From: Octopus bimaculoides
Taxonomy: Eukaryota
Assembly: GCF_001194135.2 (NCBI RefSeq)
Contig: NC_068982.1
Coordinates: forward strand, 88,936,796 to 88,990,039
Reading direction: 5' to 3'
Length of the DNA: 53,244 nt
Shown: piece after piece, positions 24,460 through 36,289 of the stretch
Numbering within the stretch: the stretch's first letter is position 1
How the letters are laid out: each line of letters opens with the position of its first letter
Program-made: the position numbers and the translations under genes
The notes under the pieces: model-generated
What the model saw: only the letters and a program-made list of their open reading frames with translations
What the model was told of the DNA's origin: nothing
The model's database searches: none

Positions 24460-26140
24460 AAGTCTATTTCTTTTCTGTTTAGCTTAACTCAATATTTGTC
24501 ATGTAGGTACTTTTCTTGTCATTGTTTTATCATTATATGTTGCTGTTACAGTTTTAGTTTGGATTTCTCTTGTTTTACAGCTTTTTTTGTTTCTTCTTTT
24601 CTTCATGGTTGTTAGGTACTATGACTTCTATTTTGTATTTGTCAGCTTCCCTAAAGACAGAAACCAGTTTTTGTTTTGTTCGTGTTTTGAGACTTTTTGT
24701 ATTAGTTTTCCTTGCTTCTGAAGTAGGTATTTCTGTAGTCCTATAGTGGTTATTTTGTAATACATTTCTAGTTGTATAAGACCACAACCACCTTCGATTC
24801 GTTGTATATATATAACTTTTCTATCTCAGATTTTGGGTGGTGCATCCTAAATCCTGAAATTATTTTTCTTCTTTTCCCTTCTATTTTGATTAATTCATTT
24901 AGTTAAGAATATTGTAGCTGTAGCGTATTACTGGGTCGGCTAGATTGCTGACACCCATTATCTTGTTTTTCGCATTGAGCTCTGTTTTAAGTATTAATCT
25001 AACTCGTCTATAGTATTACCTTCTTATCTTCTTTTTCATTTGTGTGTGTTGTATCGTATCTAGTTCATTGATTCCTAAGTATTTATATGTCTGGTTTTGG
25101 TCTAATTCTCTTATTTCATTTCATTTACCTAGAGTGATGTTACTCTTAACTTGTCTCTCTCTTTTCAAGGCTACTTTGGCACATTTTTTAAAGCCAAATT
25201 TCATGTTTATTTCTTTGTGTTAGTAATGTTTCTAGCTGTTTATCATTTGTAGCATACGGTTTTAGGTCATCCATATACAAAAGATGGTTCATTATTTTGT
25301 CGTAACAGTTGTGCCCACATCCAATTCTGTTTAGCATGTCAGATAAAGGTGTCAGTGCTAAGCTGAAATATTCCTCTTCTAATGGATATAGCTTTGGTTT
25401 TAATGAGTCCCTCTTTTGTCCCACTTTCTGCCATTTATTCATGGAATGTTTCCTATATTCTATGATTTTTGGTGCTTCCTTGCTCATGGCGATTGTTTCT
25501 AGGATCCATGGGTGGGAAATATTATCAAAAGCCTTTCGATATTCGATCCAGGCCATACTTAGACCCTTCTTCATTGTGTGATTGTCTTCAGTTATGTCTT
25601 TATTGATCAGTAGCTGATATTTACAGTCGTATGAGCCCTTCCAGCATCCCTTCTACTCTTCTGGAAACAGGTTGTTTTCTTCCAATTATTTTCCAATTCT
25701 CCGCGACATTATTGCAGTAAAGGCTTTGTAAATTGTTATAGGCTTGTAGTTTAATGGGTTTGCTGCTTCAGTGGGAATTAGGATAGTTTTCTCTTCCGTG
25801 AGCCATTTAGACATTCTCTCTGGCTCTGCTAGTATTTCATTAAATTTCACATGCAGTGTTTTATGTATTCCTGTTAGATATTTTATCCAAAAGTTTGGAA
25901 TCTTGTCATGCGCGGGTGCCTTCCACTTGCTTAGTTTTTGCAGAACCTGAATGATCTCTTCAGTTGTTATTGGAGTCCAGAGTTGTTCAGGTGCTGAGTT
26001 CGTTGTTTCGATGCATGTTTACTGAGGTGGTTCCTTCGCTGACCATATTTCTTTAGAAGTTTCTTCCACTTCCTCTGCTGTTCGTACTGCATTGATCTCT
26101 ATTTTATTTTTGCCAAGTTCTTGGTAGAATCTTTTGGGGT
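24460..26140 (-). mobile_element. R4/Dong-type LINE RT region, decayed
   Basis: WLTEEKTILIP..., QLLINKDITED...LSMAWIEYRKAFDNISHPWI, NHLLYMDDLKPYA (RT YxDD), KFGFKKCAK. Close paralog of 4540-5470. The 5' junction is at the (TAA)n array at 26150. Confidence 0.85.
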
Positions 26141-26147
26141 TGGAGTT

Positions 26148-26163
26148 TTTTTATTATTATTAC

Positions 26164-26209
<46 letters not shown>

Positions 26210-26268
26210 GTTATTATTATTGGCGAGCTGGCAGCAGCGTTAACACGCCGGACAAAAAGTTTCTTCTT

Positions 26269-26346
<78 letters not shown>

Positions 26347-26347
26347 T
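26148..26347. repeat. (TTA)n / SINE-B head (26220-26262) / (CTT)n(TTA)n
   Basis: Direct read. TGGCGAGCTGGCAGCAGCGTTAACACGCCGG matches the SINE-B head. Confidence 0.85.
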
Positions 26348-26460
26348 ATTGACTTTCCACAGCTTCTAACGCTGGAGATGTACTGCGGTGCAAGTTGTTT
26401 TCTACCAGTGTACTAAGGCAGCACTCCTTATTTTTCGAGCACCATCCGGAGTATTCGTCG
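26348..26460 (-). mobile_element. Very short (~110 bp) R4/Dong 3' end from another family
   Basis: RILRMVLEK* (cf. GTAxILRxVL), then an ~80 bp 3' UTR ending GGAAAGTCAATAAA(TAA)n. Confidence 0.6.
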
Positions 26461-26473
26461 GAATATTATTGAA

Positions 26474-26509
26474 TGAGAGAGCAGTACATGCCATCAAAAT
26501 GACACTGGG

Positions 26510-26555
<46 letters not shown>

Positions 26556-27060
26556 GAAACTCAGTGTACCCATCATAACTACCCGTCCGAAAATGGTACA
26601 CCAGGCACATGCATTACGGCCATATGTGCGCGACATGGTGAACTCATACCAAGATAAGCAGCGCATGACCTTGCTGGTGGGCTCCAGTTAGAATTTTCTT
26701 TAGGATAAGTAGCCCATTCCGCTCAAAAGGTCCATGAATAAGGGTTGCTTGAGGATGTTGAACGAATCGCCCATGTTTCCAAAGGTGAATTGTCCAAATC
26801 CCAAAGAATTCCTCTCAACACATGGCTATGAAACTCCCGTACTACTTCTACTCGTGATCAGAGATGCACTTATCGTCATCCACTTAAGGACATGCTCGAC
26901 CGGTTAAGGTCAAACAAATGACAAGCAAATCTATGGTATTGAGCTGAATATTTGCTGTAGCTCGTCTATACCAAGACAAAACAATGTACATGATAACATT
27001 TCCAATCAATTCAGATCAGAAGCCATGAGACCCACTGCCTGGTACTGAATCAGGGCATTT
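26474..27060 (-). mobile_element. ~580 bp TAA-bounded non-coding repeat, copy 2, with internal (TA)n expansion
   Basis: Homologous to 15425-15980 over its whole length. Confidence 0.8.
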
Positions 27061-27213
<153 letters not shown>

Positions 27214-27399
27214 TCAAAAAGCGACGTGTCAGTGATTTCGTCGAAATCTAGTAAGTTGAAACTTCGAAGTCAGTTTCACATGTCTTGTAAAAGTATCATG
27301 AATATGTAATGTACGTATATAATATTGAGTAAAGCTTCACTTTAATGTAGAATAGTTTTTATTATAACTCAACATAAGAACAAAATGCGTATAACTATA

Positions 27400-28173
27400 T
27401 ATGTTCTCGAAGTCATATAGGACCAGTTTTAGAGCCGACTTACGATCTGCATATGCAATGTTTGCTTTGGTTCTCTTTGAGAAGCCACTAATATTAGTCA
27501 GGAAAAAGCAACTATCAGAAACCTGATTGGATGGCTCACGCCATACCATTGGTACTGCAAAAAGCGTTCCCTTCTGCTTCCCATTCAGCCCCTGTGTAAG
27601 TCCTGAGTAACACACGGTGCTGCATATATGAGGTCCCCAAATTTACAGCCGAAATAATATTTATAGGCAGTTTTTAATTTGGTGGCAAGATTCTTCTACT
27701 GGTCACGCGGAGCAAATTTTCAACAGAAATAACAAAAGTTGTCTGGATGATTCACACAGCTTCTCCTATTCATGATCAAATACAATGAATACAGTTAAAA
27801 CAGTAATCCCGCAGAGCGAGAGATACACATACCACACGTGACAGCAATGCAAACGACACTGAGAGTTACCAAGAAGAAACTGACGTACTGGGCGCATGCA
27901 CACAATACGTCGGCGCCATCTATTGTTAAACTAAATAATGAATTTTCTCATCGTTTCTTTCATTGTTGTGATTTCTTTAATTTTGAATCAGGACCGCTTT
28001 CATTTTAGCAAATTCTATAATACAGCCTATAATACAGTTATAATCTTGCACATGCGCATAACTTTTAATCCTGACGTACTTAAACAATTCTGAGTGCAGA
28101 TTCAGAATCAGCATCCTGGTTTAGTCTAAAACACACGCTTTTGCCCCAGTAGTAAAATCTTTGTTTTCTAGTG
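27400..28173 (-). mobile_element. Chapaev3-like (CMC) DNA transposon, 5' end and N-terminal transposase relic
   Basis: ATG at 27773: MNRRSCVNHPDNFCYFC*...YYFGCKFGD... then GLNGKQKGTLFAVPMVWREPSNQVSDSCFFLTNISGFSK. Putative terminus tta^CACTAGAAAACAAAG at 28173. Family name is from motif recall. Confidence 0.65.
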
Positions 28174-28309
28174 TAATCAGTGCAGTTTAACCTGGGCTGA
28201 GAAACGGGTTGAGAAGCGGGTTGTTAGTTCTCACTTTAAAGATTATGCCTTTGCAACATAAGAACAGGAAATAACCATAAAAAAACCAAATGCGTAAACG
28301 GGATAGATG

Positions 28310-28620
28310 CGACAACTGCTAGGAGCTCAGTAGAAAAGCATGGAAGATGACACTTACATCATAAACAGCTACCCGAAAATATCTTCGCAATATTACCTAC
28401 CTATGAAATATGCTGTCATGACTATAGTATTACATAAGGAAATCCGTAGAAAGGGTTATCCAGACGAAACAAAAATATTCAGAAGATACCTTGAAAAGAT
28501 GATGTGGAGGGAGAACTAAATTACACATAATTCGAAATGATGCTGATGGAATGTCCATGGCAAGACATCAGTAGAATGCAAGCACAACAGATCAGATATA
28601 ACGGTCTGGAACAGGGAAAA
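28310..28620 (+). mobile_element. Possible RTE-clade LINE 3' relic
   Basis: Fragments resembling RLPK.I.F and G.R.RG.P.KRYKDTLK (…AAGATACCTTGAAA). Very decayed. Confidence 0.35.
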
Positions 28621-28671
28621 GAAATTGTGCAATGTAGCTGATAACTCTGTTATCCGGCACAAAATTATTAG

Positions 28672-28892
28672 TAAGATGGCCAGCTGGCAGAAACGTTAGC
28701 ACGCCGGGCTAAATGCTTAACGGTATTTCGTCTGTCTTTACGTTCTGAGTTCAAATTCCGCCGAGATCACCTTTACCTTTCATCATTTCGTGATCGATAA
28801 ATTAAGTACCAGTTGCGTACTGAAGTCGATCTAATCGACTGGTACCCTCCCCAAAAATGCCGGACCTTGTGCCTAGAACAGAAAAGAATATT
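28672..28892 (+). mobile_element. SINE family B, full length
   Basis: TGGCAGAAACGTTAG (A-box-like), GAGTTCAAATTCC (B box), body, and tail GTGCCTAGAACAGAAAAGAATATT. Confidence 0.88.
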
Positions 28893-29260
28893 AAGTGTTA
28901 GTAAAAAAGAAAAATTTTAAGCCTCGATGATGAGAAATTTTAAAGGTTCTGCATCCAGTCTGTAACTATGTTTCTAATAATAATTATTTGAGCAACTGGA
29001 TATATGATTGTATTCGTGACAATCTTGGTAAGTTGAGATTCATGAAACAAAAAAGAACACGCGTAGCTACAAGCTGTCAAAGAAAATGTCTAAATATGTG
29101 AAGCTTTCATGATATTCAGCATGAAATGAAATCCGCATATGCAATGCCATCCACACCTGCGCCTCTGTGTATATGTACACATGTATATGCACATGCAAAG
29201 TTGTATACATGCATGCATGTATGCATATATGTATATGTGTGTGTATACAGCTTTATATGT

Positions 29261-29295
<35 letters not shown>

Positions 29296-29867
29296 ATACG
29301 TATGAGTGTATATATATATATATGCATACATATATATATATATATANNNNNNNNNNNNNNNNNNNNNNNNNNNNNNNNNNNNNNNNNNNNNNNNNNNNNN
29401 NNNNNNNNNNNNNNNNNNNNNNNNNNNNNNNNNNNNNNNNNNNNNNNNNNNNNNNNNNNNNNNNNNNNNNNNNNNNNNNNNNNNNNNNNNNNNNNNNNNN
29501 NNNNNNNNNNNNNNNNNNNNNNNNNNNNNNNNNNNNNNNNNNNNNNNNNNNNNNNNNNNNNNNNNNNNNNNNNNNNNNNNNNNNNNNNNNNNNNNNNNNN
29601 NNNNNNNNNNNNNNNNNNNNNNNNNNNNNNNNNNNNNNNNNNNNNNNNNNNNNNNNNNNNNNNNNNNNNNNNNNNNNNNNNNNNNNNNNNNNNNNNNNNN
29701 NNNNNNNNNNNNNNNNNNNNNNNNNNNNNNNNNNNNNNNNNNNNNNNNNNNNNNNNNNNNNNNNNNNNNNNNNNNNNNNNNNNNNNNNNNNNNNNNNNNN
29801 NNNNNNNNNNNNNNNNNNNNNNNNNNNTATATATATGTATATATATACAGACATACATATATGTATG

Positions 29868-29930
<63 letters not shown>

Positions 29931-30401
29931 ATATATATATACACACATACATATATGTATGTATGTTTGTATGTATGCATGTGTGTTCTTGTTTGTGCTT
30001 GCATTGCTCTTTTCATATATATGAGCTGATATTGAGAAGCTGGGCTTCACAAAACCAGAAAGAACACGGCTAATTATCAAACTAAACCTACAAGCCATAG
30101 AAAGCACTGTGAACTTACGTTAAATATTTCAGAAGGTTATCATGCAACAAGTGCATACGTGTAAATATACGTGTAAATATATGTGTCTGCATATAGTTGT
30201 CAAAACATACAGAACCGTACACACAATGACAAATATACAAGAGCAACGTATATTTACATTCATTCATACATATATACATATTTATGCAAATAGACCCACG
30301 CACACATGCACACATATACATTGACATACACACATGCATACACACACATATACATGCATATACATATACATTTTTTTTTCTCTTTTATTAATTCTTTTTT
30401 T

Positions 30402-31006
30402 ACATGATTCAGTCATTTGACTGCAACCATGCTGAAGCTCCGCTTTAAAGGGTTTTAGTCCAAGAAATCGACTCCAGGACTTATTCTTTCTAAGCCTTGT
30501 ACTTATTCTATCGGTATCTTAGCTGAACCACTAAATTACGGAGACATAAACGCACCAACATCGGTTGTCTAGCGATGGTGGGAGGGGAGAACAAACACAT
30601 ACACACAGATACACACACAAATATATATATATATNNNNNNNNNNNNNNNNNNNNNNNNNNNNNNNNNNNNNNNNNNNNNNNNNNNNNNNNNNNNNNNNNN
30701 NNNNNNNNNNNNNNNNNNNNNNNNNNNNNNNNNNNNNNNNNNNNNNNNNNNNNNNNNNNNNNNNNNNNNNNNNNNNNNNNNNNNNNNNNNNNNNNNNNNN
30801 NNNNNNNNNNNNNNNNNNNNNNNNNNNNNNNNNNNNNNNNNNNNNNNNNNNNNNNNNNNNNNNNNNNNNNNNNNNNNNNNNNNNNNNNNNNNNNNNNNNN
30901 NNNNNNNNNNNNNNNNNNNNNNNNNNNNNNNNNNNNNNNNNNNNNNNNNNNNNNNNNNNNATATATATATATAAATTTAAAGAATGGAGTAAACGCATAT
31001 TATAAC

Positions 31007-31043
<37 letters not shown>

Positions 31044-31198
31044 GACGGAATTCTTTCAGTTACCGTCTACCAAATCCACTCACAAGTCTTTTGTTGCCCC
31101 GAGAAGACACTTGCCTATAGTGCCACGAAGTCGTACTGAACCTGGAACCATATGATTGGGAATTATAACTTCTTACCATGCAGCCAGGCCTGCGTCTT
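30402..31198 (-). mobile_element. SINE family A, full length, split by an expanded internal microsatellite and N gap
   Basis: Head at 31043-31198 and tail at 30402-30620 are in the correct order and orientation. Confidence 0.8.
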
Positions 31199-31477
31199 TT
31201 CACTACAACGCCTATAAAATACATAGATATATGACTATCAGGACATGCATAAGTTTCAACGAAATAAACTTCGTGTATGGGCCCGAAACTCCTCTTTCTT
31301 AGGAAACATTCGAAAAATGTCTCTATATAAATGTCCATACATAAATGTCCATATTCAAATATGTCCATACATAAACACACACATACGCACACACACAAAT
31401 ACATGCATACATACATGCATGCATGCATGCATGCATGCATACGTGCGTATGTACGTACATACATTCATACATACATA

Positions 31478-31501
31478 CTGTGTAGTAAGACGCTTGCTTC
31501 C
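31478..31501 (+). mobile_element. Partial SINE-A head (CTGTGTAGTAAGACGCTTGCTTCC) joined to a LINE 5' end
   Basis: About 21 of 24 positions match the family-A head at 21771-21794 and 48768-48791. It ends at GCTTCC. Confidence 0.6.
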
Positions 31502-32060
31502 AGCATAGCGTTTGTCAATTGGACTGTCGGTTTTGTTTGTAACCCACGTGTTTTTTTTCTTTTTTGCTGTCTTGGTGGTGCGACGTTTTCCCCTCTTGTT
31601 TAATGGAGGGAGGGGTCTCGTGTGATGAACTGTGACGATTTAAATTCTTCTTCAGAATTTGTGTCGGCTGAAGAAGAAATGGTGAAATGATTGGACAAGA
31701 TTGACGCAGCAATATAAGCAAGGAATCACGCTGCAGCGGCAAAGGGAAAAATTGAAGACATAAGTCTGGAAGAGTTGAGCAAGTTAAAGGAAATACTTAA
31801 AAGGGAGGAGAACGACGTGAAAGTATTCCTTCCCAAAGAAGTGGTAAAGGATAAGGAAGAGAAAACGATTGTTTACCGGACATACACAGTGGCAACAAGA
31901 AAAATAGAAGTGGTGTCGGAGGCATAAGTTGAAAAGGCGTTGAGGCCAGTCTGGCAAGCGATATCCTACCTTGCCAGGGGAAGACAGTACGGAACGGCGG
32001 AAGTGCAGTTTCGGGAAACAGCTACCGCCAGACTGCACTCAGCCACACCATTAAAAATCG
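31502..32060 (+). mobile_element. 5' UTR and decayed ORF1 N-terminus of a probable L1/Tx1-like LINE
   Basis: T-rich leader, ATG at 31603, then SSSEFVSAEEEMVK*LDKID...ISLEELSKLKEILKREENDVKVFLPKEVVKDKEEKTIVYRTY...ISYLARGRQYGTAEVQF. Homologous to 49090-49404. The clade assignment is an inference. Confidence 0.55.
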
Positions 32061-32300
32061 AGGAGCGTTGGTGTTTGTAGGGGTGGTTGGGGTAGAGTGG
32101 GCATGGGTGGGAGCCAGGTGTGTTTCGCAGCTGGTGTTAAACTCCTCTTCCTCGACTCTGGTACTGGTCTTTGTCTGTGGTGCCGCTTCACTCTCCAATT
32201 CGTGCTTTTTCTCAACCTCCAACCACTTTCTCACTCTCTTGCCTTTCCTTCGCCTTCACATGTGGTGGAGAACAACCCGCTCTAATGTGGCGTGGGATTG
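32060..32300 (-). other. Charged, Pro/Thr-rich coding-like segment in opposite orientation (possible later part of the same ORF1)
   Basis: RRRKGKRVRKWLEVEKKHELESEAAPQTKTSTRVEEEE...PTHAHSTPTTPTNT. Confidence 0.3.
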
Positions 32301-32561
32301 TGAACATTTAACGCTGAAAAGACAAATCAAACAGTCTTTCAACTCTGTGTAAGTAAATGTGTGTGTGTACAAGGGAAGTATGGGAATATTTGTATGTGTG
32401 AAACTGTTCTTTCAGTAACAAACGACAACCACTAGATAACGTTGACTAATGTATTAATTTGATTTACCATCCATATTCTATCTGTTTTGTTAAAAATAAT
32501 TATACAATCACACACACCTACACAAACATACACATATACAAACTCATTAGGGAAAATAATA

Positions 32562-32759
32562 ATTTTTTTCTACTCTAGGCACAAAACAAAAATTTCAGAG
32601 GAGGCGCCAATCGATTAGATCGACCCAGTATGGAATTGGTACTTAATTTATCGACCCCGAAAGGATGAAAGGCAAAGTCGATCTCGGCGGAATTTGAACT
32701 CAGAACATAAAGACAGATGAAATACTGCTAAGCATTTCGCCCAGCGTGCTAACGTTTCT
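32562..32759 (-). mobile_element. SINE family B, standard tail, head clipped
   Basis: Aligns to 28685-28892. Confidence 0.85.
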
Positions 32760-32986
32760 TATTCCTTTATTGCCCACGAGGGGCTAAACATAGAGGGGAC
32801 AAACAAGGACAGACAAAGCAGTTAAGTCGATTACATCAACGCCAGTGCGTAACTGGTACTTAATGTATCGACCCCGAAAGGATGAAAGGCAAAGTCGACC
32901 TCGGCGGAATTTGAATTAAAGACAGACGAAATACTGCTAAGCATTTCGTCCGGAGTGCTAACGTTTCTACAAGTTCGCTGCCTTAG
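32760..32986 (-). mobile_element. SINE family B variant with an alternative 3' tail
   Basis: Head and body match family B. The tail is CTTTGTCTGTCCTTGTTTGTCCCCTCTATGTTTAGCCCCTCGTGGGCAATAAAGGAATA. Confidence 0.8.
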
Positions 32987-33349
32987 AAAAGAAAAATATT
33001 GGACAATTAGGCACTATCATCAAATGCAAAGTATATAATATATTTACGAGTTACCAGCTGCGAGTTTATGCTAGATTATTAAAGATTGTCGAGAAATGAC
33101 TACAAGAGACGATGACAGGTAAGATAATTACTCCTAAACGTGAATTATGAGCGTTACGTTAAAAGCTTCGTTATCGTTAGAAATTGGTAGAATGTTGCGA
33201 CATCATTCACAGTTTTGCACTAAATTCACAAGCGGCGTATTGCTTTATGAAAAATCATACCACTTTGCTGGCAATAGACCTATCCCTAGAATAATTTAAC
33301 ATCATTTTTCTGAGTGATCGGGAATGTGAACAAATAATATGCTGTGCAA

Positions 33350-33848
33350 TTTGAGGATATATACTGAGAGTGATAAAAATCAAACATCCAGTCAGCCTCA
33401 TGGTGTTTAGAGTGCCCACTAGTGATGGCGACGTAATATCTTCATTCATCTTCCCACGCAGCCTCAGACTTAACACAGAGGCCTACATCAAGTGCCTGGA
33501 GGAGGTAGTGGTGCCCTGGGTCAAGAGGGTGACCGCTGGCAACAAGGCTCTGCACCGTGCCACACAAGCAAGAGAACCCAGTCATGGCTATCAGACAATT
33601 TCTGCAACCACATCACCCCTAAAATCTAGCCACCTTGATTATTATGTGTGCGGCGCAGTTGAGCAATTGATTAACAACACGTCTGGAGGCCGTGGATGAA
33701 GCCAATGTCGATATTATTGAATAGATTTACTCTTTAGGATATTTTAGGATATTTTAATGTAACTGTAGTAAATATATCTGTTAAGATGAGATCTCAGTGT
33801 CATTTTCACTTTTGCGTAATTTAGGCGACAGTTTATTCATCGCACCCT
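33350..33848 (+). mobile_element. maT/DD37D-like Tc1/mariner relic, internally deleted, with right end
   Basis: KHPVSLMVFRVPTSDGDV...FIFPRSLRLNTEAYIKCLEEVVVPWVKRV, APCHTS, LDYYVCGAVE, EAVDEANVDIIE*, and end CGCACCCTG. Confidence 0.75.
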
Positions 33849-34819
33849 GTGTACATACATATCCAAATTCATTCCAATAAATTATTTTATATCCATATAT
33901 GGCCTTCTGGAATCGTAAAATTTGAAGAGAGTACTTCCTTTAGACTTTCGGATATATGCGTTTATGTGGTTGTATTTCTTTGTTGAGAACTTTACGTTTC
34001 TTGATGGGGAAATTTATGAAAGTGAAAACTACTTTCTTCAAACTTACTGAATACTTCTCTTTCGTTTCTTTCTTTTCCGCCTGTTATTACCAATTAAATT
34101 ATTTCGTTCTACAAAATTACCTCGGAAAATATTGTTACATAAAAGAAAAATATATTTTGATCAAAATATAAATTTCATATTTACCATTATTATGAAAATT
34201 GTTTTCAAAAATGCAAGACATAATGAGGATGATTGAACGATTTTCAATAGCTGATTGTTAAAATTTATTTTACGTTATTATTCTTTTGAATGCTACTTCT
34301 TACTTCTATGGTGTGACTAGATTTAAGAGTCAGCACGCGTCCATGTCAACAATAGAGCGACAATATATGTTTTTCCTCACTCGATACTTTTCTTAAATTT
34401 ATTTTAATATATCTCTGGAAACAAAATGAAATTATAATTCTATTATAGAAGCATACGTGTGAGCCAGACAAAAAATAATGTTGTATCCTGTATTTGTTTG
34501 TCGGTCACATAGTGTGTCATCTTCTCTCCAGATTTTGTCACGTGATAGAGTACCTATTTTTCTCCTTACACATCTCTCTCCATCATTCTATCTGACTGTT
34601 TGTATCTTCCCCCCTCATTGTCTCTTTCTCAGTCTGTCTCTGTCTCTCTCTCTCTCTTTCTCTCTCTCTCTTTCTGTCTATCATCGAGGCAGTGTATATT
34701 TTTGTTGTCAACTTCTTTCACTTTTACTGTTTCTCATCTCTTCTACCGAGCTGGCATTTACATCTATAACCCTTGTTTGAAAATTTCTAACCACACACTC
34801 ACACCCACACACACATACA

Positions 34820-34860
<41 letters not shown>

Positions 34861-34949
34861 ACACACACACACACACACTCACATATGCACACATACGCAC
34901 ACATACATACACACACATCTACATACCGATATCGAATATATATTATATA

Positions 34950-36267
34950 TTGGGTTGGTAACTAAGTTCCCGCCGTTTTTTAAATAAAAATTTTTTTTAA
35001 GGTTTAATAAAAAAAATAACAACTAATTAATCAATAATGTATTCACCCTTGTTGTTTACAACTTCTTTTCAACGTTCAACAAGATTTTCAATACTACGTT
35101 GGTCGATATCACTTGATTCCGACTCGAAAAATTGATCCAACCAATGCTGCATCAGTATTGTACGAAACTCCGCGCATAGTATTTGAAAGAGATCGAAAGA
35201 GGTGGAAATTCGTTGGTGCCAAATCAGGAGAGTTCGGTGAGTGTGGTAGCACTTCCCAACCATGCGTTAGAATGGCTTCCTTGGTCATATTGGTGATGTG
35301 AGGGCTGGCGTTGTCGAGAAGCAGAAGAACACCATGCTGCCGATTAGGTCTTTTCTCTTGAATAGCCGTGTTGAGTCGTTCCATTTGTTGAACATAGAGT
35401 TCCCTGTTGACCGTTTGGTTCCGTTCAAGCAATTCGTAATGGATAATCCTTTCCCAGTCCCACCATACATACAACATCGTTTTATGCGGAGAAAGATATT
35501 GTTTCACGCGCGGTGTCGCTTGTTTACCGGGGCTAAGCCATTCCTGACACTGCTTTATATTGATGTACAGGCACCATTTTTCGTCGCCAGAAACGATTCG
35601 GTAGAGAAATCGTTGCTTGTGTCCATGAGTTGAGCGGTGACGAGCAAGCACCATTTTTCGTCGCCAGAAACGATTCGGTAAAGAAATCGTTGCTTGTGTC
35701 CATGAGTTGAGCGGTGACGAGCAAGCAAACCAGCGGAGATTGTGGATCTTTGATTTTTGTTGTTGTCACTTAAAGCATGTTACAACCCATGCTCCATACT
35801 TCTGATTCTTCCCCATCGAGTGAAAATGCTTCCCTACAGCAGTGTGGGAGAATTCCATTTTCTCTGCCAGTTCCCTTGTCGTTTGACGAGAATTTTCCTG
35901 CAAAAGTTGGTTTAATCGCTCTTCATCGAACTCAACTGGACGGCCAGAACGAGGTGCGTCTTTGAGGTCAAAATTTCCATTTTTTGAATTTGGCATACCA
36001 ATCTCGAGCGGTTCTTACAGCCATGGCACCCTCTCCGTACACAGCACAAGTGTCACGAGCAGTTTTTGCTGCCTTTGAACCTTGATTAAAAGCAAAAAGT
36101 AGGTGTCGAAAATGCTCGTTATTCTTAACTTCACATTCCATTTTAATGATCTGAAAATAAACAAAAATTAACTAAAATTAACTAGAAAAAAAAAACTAAA
36201 TAGAATTCTCGAAAAAAATAGATTTCAAAATTTAAAAAAACGGCGGGAACTTAGTTGCCAATCCCAA
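34950..36267 (-). mobile_element. Full-length mariner (mellifera-like TIR) with disrupted DD34D transposase (ATG 36141, stop 35027)
   Basis: TIRs TTGGGTTGGTAACTAAGTTCCCGCCGTTTTT and AAAAACGGCGGGAACTTAGTTGCCAATCCCAA; TA on the left side only. Motifs SGRP, GAWV, IVSGDEKW, LLDNASPH, HSPNSPDLAPTNFHLF. Frameshifts and a 77 bp duplication. Confidence 0.93.
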
Positions 36268-36289
36268 ATCATATGTTTCAGTTCTTGTG

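Noticed and set aside
31502-32300. Twin-priming 5' inversion
   Set aside because: The segments converge, whereas twin priming gives a divergent junction.
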